Of a DNA stretch of 64,000 nt, positions 57,771-64,000 are shown in pieces. Numbering within the stretch: the stretch's first letter is position 1; each line of letters starts with the position of its first letter. This DNA comes from Antedon mediterranea (lineage: Eukaryota; Animalia; Echinodermata): NCBI RefSeq assembly GCF_964355755.1, contig NC_092680.1, positions 16,997,045 through 17,061,044 on the forward strand, given 5' to 3'. Under the pieces are notes generated by a model, which saw nothing but the letters and a program-made list of their open reading frames with translations, ran no database searches and was not told the origin of the DNA. The position numbers and the translations under genes are program-made.

Positions 57771-58902
57771 CGATCCACTGTAAAAACTAAACAACTCTAG
57801 AAAACTCGAAGGAAAGAAAGATAAAAAATATATGCCCAAAGATGCCAAGAGTTATTTTTATCTACAGACAGTCTCTAACAGCTAGTTACAAAATCTTACT
57901 TGGTTTGATGCTTGGATGCTTGAAGCGATGTCTTGCTGTGTTAATAACCTACCTTTGTGATTCCATTTCCATAGGGTAAAAACCAGTGTGCGAGGGAATA
58001 GGGGGTGGGGAGCACAACTGGGGTTGTATCATGCATTATCTAAGTGTTAGTTATAATCATCTTACAATTGTATACATTTAATATTTTAGTATGTCTTAAG
58101 TATAGTACTTACAATTGTAAAAATAATGTGTATATGATGGTGTTCCAATAAACATACTCTTACAATTGTTTAATAACTTTGCTGAACATGATGTGATGTT
58201 TTTAACTTAATGTTTACTGACTTACAATTGTGTATAATGAGTGAAGTTGATGTTATTTAAACAATATCTTTAAATAATCATAAAATTATGCATGAAAATA
58301 TAATTAAAATAAACATCAAAGACTGTCATACAGGTGACACTAGTGGTATCCTCAGCTCAATCTGTTGTGTTAGTTACTAAAACAAATACAAGCTTATATA
58401 TTGTATAATATAAAATATGATATATTGTATGAATAATATAAAAAATGTTAAATATTATAACATGTTTATATTATTATACAATACTATATATTAACATGCA
58501 CTGAATACAAACTTAGAAATAATACATAATATTGTAACTGAATAATAAGACGTATAAAACAACAATTTTTTTATAATTTAATTTTATAAAAATCATCTGT
58601 AACATTTTAAATAAATAACATTTCTAAACCTATCAATGCATGATACAACATTAGGCAACACATATAAATATATTGTTTATATTATAATAGATTATATATA
58701 ATACTGTATAATATATTATTTGTGTGTGGATGGGAGGAGGGATAAAGCAGGATAGCATCAACCTGTGAATAAACTTACTCTACTAGAGTTAGTAATCTGT
58801 AAAGGAATAACCACAAATTAACACATAGATATGAATATTTGCAATATCTATATGTTAGTTTTAAGGTGTTATTGGTTAGGTCTTACTTTGATGTCTTCAT
58901 AC

Positions 58903-59036
58903 AAACATCTAGGCCGGAACACAAACAAATAACAACATCTAGGCCGGAACAAACAAAAATAAAACATCTAGGCCGGAACACATAAAATAAACATCTAGGT
59001 CGGAACATCACACAATTAAACATCTAGGCCAGAACA
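58903..59036. repeat. ~29-bp tandem repeat, 5 copies
   Basis: AAACATCTAGGCCGGAAC with A/C-rich spacers. Confidence 0.85.
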
Positions 59037-59874
59037 TGCAAAACGTCTTGACTGAAAAACTTTTTCATGAATACCATAACAACTTTAGAAGCCATGCAGT
59101 GCTGTATGTCTTCACATGGTCGGAGAACAAATTAAGAGACTACCATAGGCCAACAAGAATGCACAAAAGTTTTTATAACGTAATACCGTTGTTTAAATTT
59201 GAAGTTGAACCTGCAAAAGAACATCAGAGTCAGATTCAGCTTCCCTATCCTAGTGTAAACATTCTAAAATGAACACAATAAAAATAATAAAGGCAATACC
59301 GTATATAAAATAATATAAATGTTGTGTATTTAAAACATTCACTCAACAATCACTGAAGCAGATTAAACTTCATACACTACGCCCATGATGGTACCAAGGA
59401 GGGCTCTTAGAAGTGACCATATTAGGCCTACTGTTAGCCTACCAATAGCAAACTTAGGCCTAAAAAAACGATAAACAAAACACTAAACTACCGAATATTA
59501 CTGCTTGTAAAAGATCCAAAATAAAATTGAAAGTAACGAACTATGGTAACGCAAAGTCTTCTTCTATATTTAAAAAATAAAGCATGAATGTGTATACTTT
59601 ATGTTCCTCTCATACGATGTGTGTAGGCCTACGTATGCTGAGCAGGATCGCAGCATAGCCTAGATGAGGAAACACTTGAGCTCATTTTAAACTACATAAC
59701 TCTGTTGAATTCGAGTGTTTTAAGAACTAAATCAAGTTACAAAATGTGTGTATCATACTGTTTGTATTAAAGTTGCCAAAGGAAACCAATTATGCTTAAC
59801 TAGTGTATATTTCCTACCTATTGCTGTTTCTTTTTCGTCGGGAGTTCTCTTTCAATCTTCTCTCCGCCGTCTTC

Positions 59875-59980
59875 TTCCAAAATGGCTAAAGTTGGCAACT
59901 AAGTATGCTAATTAGCAAATAGTTTGTGCTGATTGGCTAATCTAGTCGTCTGCATTACGCGCGTATTCTAAACCGGATCT
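59875..59980 (-). promoter_or_regulatory. Candidate Pol II promoter for a leftward transcript
   Basis: YY1-type GCCATTTTG at the presumed start (59878-59886), palindrome TGCTAATTAGCA (59906-59917), CCAATC box (59931-59936), CpG palindrome TACGCGCGTA (59956-59965); GA-rich first exon ending in a good donor at 59818. Confidence 0.55.
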
Positions 59981-60478
59981 AACTGGTGCTATACCAAAAA
60001 ATATTCTTTGCATACATAGCTTGAAAAGTTTGCTGTTGGATCTAACTAACTTCACCCCCTCCCTCTAATCTCAGTTATAGGGCCTAGTTAGTCCATTTGT
60101 TATTTTGTTATTTGCTTACACCATATGCAATTGAGTTTAAGATAAGTAACAGCGCCGGATCCATGTAACAACCGTAGAAATACACCCTGAATACTAATTT
60201 CAATGTTTATTCTTTATAGAGGGATTTGTCCATTACCACTGTTAGAACATCGTAATCTACTACGCATATTTAATAAATGGTAATGTTTAATAATGATATT
60301 CTGTATATATATATTTGGTTTATTGCAAAAAGTAATGTAAAAAACATTGATAATTGTATGAATTTCATAGATCCTTAATGGTGTAAATGTGATAATGTTC
60401 AAGTATGTGGTCATACGAAGATTAGAGAAGATTAATATAATAGTAATACTGATGGGTTTTTTTTAATTTAGCCTACTG

Positions 60479-60795
60479 CCGTATTTATTCGAATAAACGT
60501 CTCAGTGCGTTTATTGTTCAGGAAGGTTTTTAGATGGAGGCGTTTATCCGGGAGAGGCGTTTATTTTTTGGTGTAATAATGATAACATGGATGTTTAAAT
60601 AAATAACCCCTAAATATGAAAAATACAACCCAATTAATATCAAGAAGTGAAGCGAAATACGGTAAAAATTGTATCAAAATGTTTGGTAAATTGTAGATCA
60701 TGTCAATCAATGAATTCTACTACAAATGAAAATGTGTTGTAGTGATAATATTGTGTATAGTGTATACGCATGTGGCGGGTGGCGAATAAATACGG
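60479..60795. mobile_element. MITE with CCGTA termini (Tc1/mariner-pogo-like)
   Basis: CCGTATTTATTCG ... CGAATAAATACGG|TA. Confidence 0.7.
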
Positions 60796-62130
60796 TATTT
60801 AGAACATATAATAATATATCAGTAGATTGTAATTACGGCCTTACACATAGGCTGTAGTCCCATGTAAAATATGATATTGTTTGCGTTATGAATAATTTAA
60901 TAGTTTTGGTGGGTGACAAATACGTTTTTAGCAAGTCTATTTCTTGCCATAAAAGAATGCGATTTAATCTTCCTTGATATCAAACATTATTCATAAACGA
61001 CTGATAAAATGAATTGTTACTCCGGCCATTATTATAATTCGGAATTATTTATAAATAAATAATTCTTCTATGTAATATTTAATAATGCCCCGTCTATCTA
61101 TAGACCAGAGGAATGAGCGAATAGACTGACTAAAACCTTAAATAGAGGGCGCTACACTTGTTTTAATGTTTTATCACAGACATCTTGATTAATACGTAAG
61201 CTGCAGATTAAAATTTTTTTTAAAGGTTTATTTTGAAATTTCTATTAGAAACAAATACACAAAGCAATTAAACTGACTTTTTTGTTCTGCATTCTTTTAA
61301 TAAATTGTACTATAAAAACATCAATAATACAATCAAGAAAACTAAATAATAATTATTAAAAATAATATTTGTTTTTTTATAATTATCGCAAACTACAATA
61401 GAAATGTAAAAACTCAACACAAAGATTCCTGATTATCAATTGACTCACTTTTTTTAGTTTTATACTATCTTATGTCCTTGGGCAACATAACACTGTTTAA
61501 GCTAAATCAAGAGACAATGATGATTTGATCTGGTACCCATTATTAGAATATGTAACACAAAATTAAAATTATGATCTAATTTTTTATTTTATTAAAAATT
61601 AGATTAGAAAACATTCTCAGAATTGCTTGCATCTGGTAGGCCTACCCATAGAAAAGATAATGTTTTCAGAAATGCAAGAATAATTATCTGTGTGACTAAT
61701 TTGCTTCTTTTATTTGCAAGTATGTTCGTATATGGCACTGGCACTGACACTATTGGGGGTAAATTTTGTTCTATAACACTAGTACAATATTTAGGTTAAC
61801 AATGCAATATTACACAAATATCAAATGTTTATGTGATGCTGGCCAAAATACAAACTTTTTCATTATATGTTCCTATATTCTATTGAAAATGTTTGTCATT
61901 TATTCATTTTATTAGTATAAATTCACATATTAACTATTATTTACACTTGAAGCTTTTGTCTTTGTTTTAAATTTCCTGCTTTATAAGCAACCATTCCTGC
62001 TTTGTACACCATAGCTTTTGGAGGCGTGCCTTTATAACTATGCCTTTTGTTTGTTAACATTTTTGATTGGTTGATTTGTTTTATTATGTAATTTTGTGAC
62101 TTATATATGTTATCCTTTGTTACAATTCTT

Positions 62131-62170
62131 TTCACCTGATGATGGGCTATGCCCGAAACATGTCGTTAAA
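62131..62170 (+). ncRNA. Minimal type I hammerhead ribozyme motif (Penelope-type)
   Basis: CTGATGA core, stem II GGGC-TAT-GCCC, GAAA, palindromic stem III ACATGT, GTC cleavage triplet; stem I has one mismatch. Confidence 0.68.
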
Positions 62171-62380
62171 ATAAATCTATATTGAGGCAGTTTTAACTTA
62201 TTTGATCTTGATTTTTTTATATATCCTGCCTATGCAGCTCTTTGATTTATATATATATATATACATATATATATACATATATATACATATACATATATAT
62301 ATACATCCACTGATTGTGAGGGCGTTTGTTGTATGAGAGAATGTATCTGGTGGGTGAAAATCTGTGATAATACCATACAT

Positions 62381-62452
62381 GGCTCTGTGGTCTAGTGGTA
62401 TGATACTCGCCCTGTAAGCGAGAGGTTGCAGGTTCGAATCCAGCCAGAGACA
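62381..62452 (+). tRNA. tRNA-like gene or pseudogene: Pro-like body, TGT (Thr) anticodon
   Basis: Cloverleaf GGCTCTG/CAGAGAC, anticodon arm CTCGC-CCTGTAA-GCGAG, GGTTCGAATCC B box, followed by a T6 terminator; mismatches in the acceptor and T stems. Confidence 0.5.
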
Positions 62453-62747
62453 TTTTTTCATACAACTAAAAAATATGGAACTTTCGCCAATGAGCTATGC
62501 TCGACGCGATTATGAGATCATGTTCCGAATATGAGCACTGTTTCTATAATTTACAGTATGATTTATATATAATTTACACAGTGCTACGCAACATCATTGA
62601 TTTACATATACAAAATATTATTTAAAAAACCGTTGCGAATTAAAGTTGGAATTTATTCTGACTTGTTAAGCCTCCACTGATTGTGAGGGCGTTTGTTGTA
62701 TGAGAGAATGTATCTGGTGGGTGAAAATCTGTGATAATACCATACAT

Positions 62748-62819
62748 GGCTCTGTGGTCTAGTGGTATGATACTCGCCCTGTAAGCGAGAGGTTGCAGGT
62801 TCGAATCCAGCCAGAGACA
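62748..62819 (+). tRNA. Second identical tRNA-like copy
   Basis: Identical to 62381-62452. Confidence 0.5.
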
Positions 62820-62973
62820 TTTTTTCATACAACTAAAAAATATGGAACTTTCGCCAATGAGCTATGCTCGACGCGATTATGAGATCATGTTCCGAATATG
62901 AGCACTGTTTCTATAATTTACAGTATGATTTATATATATACATATATATATATATATATACATATATATATAC

Positions 62974-63042
<69 letters not shown>

Positions 63043-63162
63043 TATATATATATACACATTAGGCAATGAACATTAAATCGAAACCGCCCGGTGATATACT
63101 GAAATTTTATTAATTAATTTGAAACGATAAAGATGAGGAAATCTGTGAGAATGAGAAAAAGT

Positions 63163-63234
63163 CGCCCAAACCGAGAATCGAACTCGGACCGCCTGCTTGA
63201 TATGCAGATGTCCTAACCATTAGACCACTGAGGC
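63163..63234 (-). tRNA. tRNA-like element or pseudogene, ATC in the anticodon position
   Basis: GCCTCAGTGGTCTAATGGTTAGGACATCTGCATATCAAGCAGGCGGTCCGAGTTCGATTCTCGGTTTGGGCG then ACTTTTT; weak acceptor stem. Confidence 0.45.
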
Positions 63235-63322
63235 TTTCATGGTATTGTTATATATAACAGGTTGAAATTATCAGACCGTTGGGATAGAGTGCTCAATACC
63301 AAGGTAGAGCATAAATAAATAA

Positions 63323-63807
63323 AATAACAGCAGAAAACTTGGTTACTTCATTGTTTTTGGAACGAAAAACTAAGAAATGCAACGGAACTCAGTAAATATA
63401 TATGGACACTTAAAGACTCTAAAACAAATTACTCAATTAAATGGAAAATTATAAAGAAATGCAAACCTTACTCAAATATTAACAAAAGATGTAATTTATG
63501 TATATATGAAAAGTATGTTATTATATGTCAACCAGAGCTATGCTCACTGAACCGTAAAAACAAGTTAGTCTCTACTTGTAGACATAGGAAAAAATTCTTA
63601 CTAAATTGCAGATCCAAACAGTTTATCTAAAACAATAGGCTATTGTATACGACTTCCTGATGACTCACTTTTATTAAGCACTATGAGACAACTGTGTCAC
63701 TTATGTTTTATATTTCACCTGAAGAGTGCGGCCAGCTACATGCTGGTCGTACGAAACAAATTTGTAGTGATTAAAACAATGAAGTAACCAAGTTTTCTGC
63801 TGTTATT
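63323..63807 (+). mobile_element. 5'-truncated Penelope-like retroelement: GIY-YIG endonuclease C-terminus + 3' region with hammerhead, bounded by a 35-bp inverted repeat
   Basis: 63361-63630 translates without a Met as NEKLRNATELSKYIWTLKD...YSIKWKII...RCNLCIYEK...LNRKNKLVSTCRHRKKFLL...*; AATAACAGCAGAAAACTTGGTTACTTCATTGTTTT (63323-63357) is the exact reverse complement of 63773-63807. Confidence 0.82.
63715..63770 (+). ncRNA. Type I hammerhead ribozyme
   Basis: Stem I TCAC/GTGA, CTGAAGA core, 11-bp stem II GTGCGGCCAGC-TACAT-GCTGGTCGTAC, GAAA, palindromic ACAAATTTGT stem III, GTA cleavage triplet. Confidence 0.8.
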
Positions 63808-64000
63808 AGGTTATATGCATGATATGCATATAACCTCTTGATTCTGTCAAAATCTTTATTTATTTATTTATTTATTTATTCTTTCCTTAGCACTATTTTG
63901 TCCGTGCATTATCTTGGCATCAGTTTAATCTAGCTAAGTCAATTTTTCAGAGTATATTCCTTATGGCCAGGAATCGATGTGGTTATATTTTCACGATGCG
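63806..64000 (+). mobile_element. 5' end of a HINE/Helentron-like element (runs off the window)
   Basis: AGGTTATATGCAT-GAT-ATGCATATAACCT hairpin followed by (TTTA)n. Confidence 0.55.

Larger units (their letters stand above)
39864..59890 (-). ncRNA. Putative spliced long non-coding RNA, convergent on CHD1 (candidate exons 59818-~59890, ~57954-58017/58039, an acceptor at 56436, 40343-40415, 40036-40085, 39864-39977; 3' end unresolved, possibly ~37.7-38.1 kb)
   Basis: - strand consensus donors (TAG|GTAGGA, AAG|GTAGGT, TGG|GTAAGT, GCG|GTAAGT, GCT|GTAAGT) and pyrimidine-tract acceptors (TTTCTTTCTGTACAG, CTTTGTAG, TTCTTTTTAG, ATTTCAG); exons 40343-40415 and 39864-39977 have stops in all three frames; promoter motifs at 59.88-59.97 kb. 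Confidence 0.5.
62306..62938 (+). repeat. Tandem duplication (offset 367 bp) of a tRNA-like unit between (TA)/(TACA)n microsatellites
   Basis: 62306-62571 is identical to 62673-62938; TA/TACA tracts at ~62246-62305 and ~62931-63056. Confidence 0.9.

Noticed and set aside
39864-59890. Calling the minus-strand transcript a Chaserr orthologue
   Set aside because: Chaserr lies upstream of and in tandem with CHD2; this candidate is downstream and convergent, and I see no demonstrable sequence homology
59845-59902. Plus-strand TOP-like start with ATG GCT AAA
   Set aside because: The ORF stops after 6 codons (MAKVGN*) with no convincing donor; promoter motifs lie to the right, favouring leftward transcription
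63655-63700. Third hammerhead or SECIS-like motif (CTGATGA CTCA...TGAG)
   Set aside because: Lacks the GAAA core of a hammerhead and has no adequate helix for a SECIS

Overview
AT-rich animal genomic DNA, probably a marine invertebrate (the SINE, HINE and Penelope repertoire suggests a deuterostome, but this is inference). 1-20 kb: the 3' half of a spliced CHD1/CHD2-family chromatin remodeller gene on the + strand. I traced 22 coding exons from the SNF2 helicase C-lobe through the SANT/SLIDE-like DNA-binding region and the CHCT/DUF4208 domain to a stop at 19986. One intron is GC-AG, and the introns carry MITEs, SINEs (including a 5S+tRNA chimeric SINE) and minisatellites. 20-25 kb: probable long 3' UTR with an 18-bp minisatellite. 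25-57.8 kb: mostly tandem arrays (~195-bp palindromic, ~920-bp, 98-bp hairpin, 75-bp, a 16-kb 57-bp satellite, ~80-bp), with Helentron-type insertions. Between these arrays are splice-signal-bounded segments closed in all three frames and a YY1/CCAAT promoter at ~59.9 kb. Together they suggest a spliced non-coding RNA on the - strand, convergent on CHD1, whose 5' region has clustered 5'-splice-site-like motifs, branch-point motifs and a 15-bp long-range pairing. 62-64 kb: a Penelope-like retroelement cluster with two hammerhead ribozymes, a GIY-YIG C-terminal fragment and three tRNA-like Pol III units. Nearly all long ORFs in the supplied track are artefacts of satellite periodicity.
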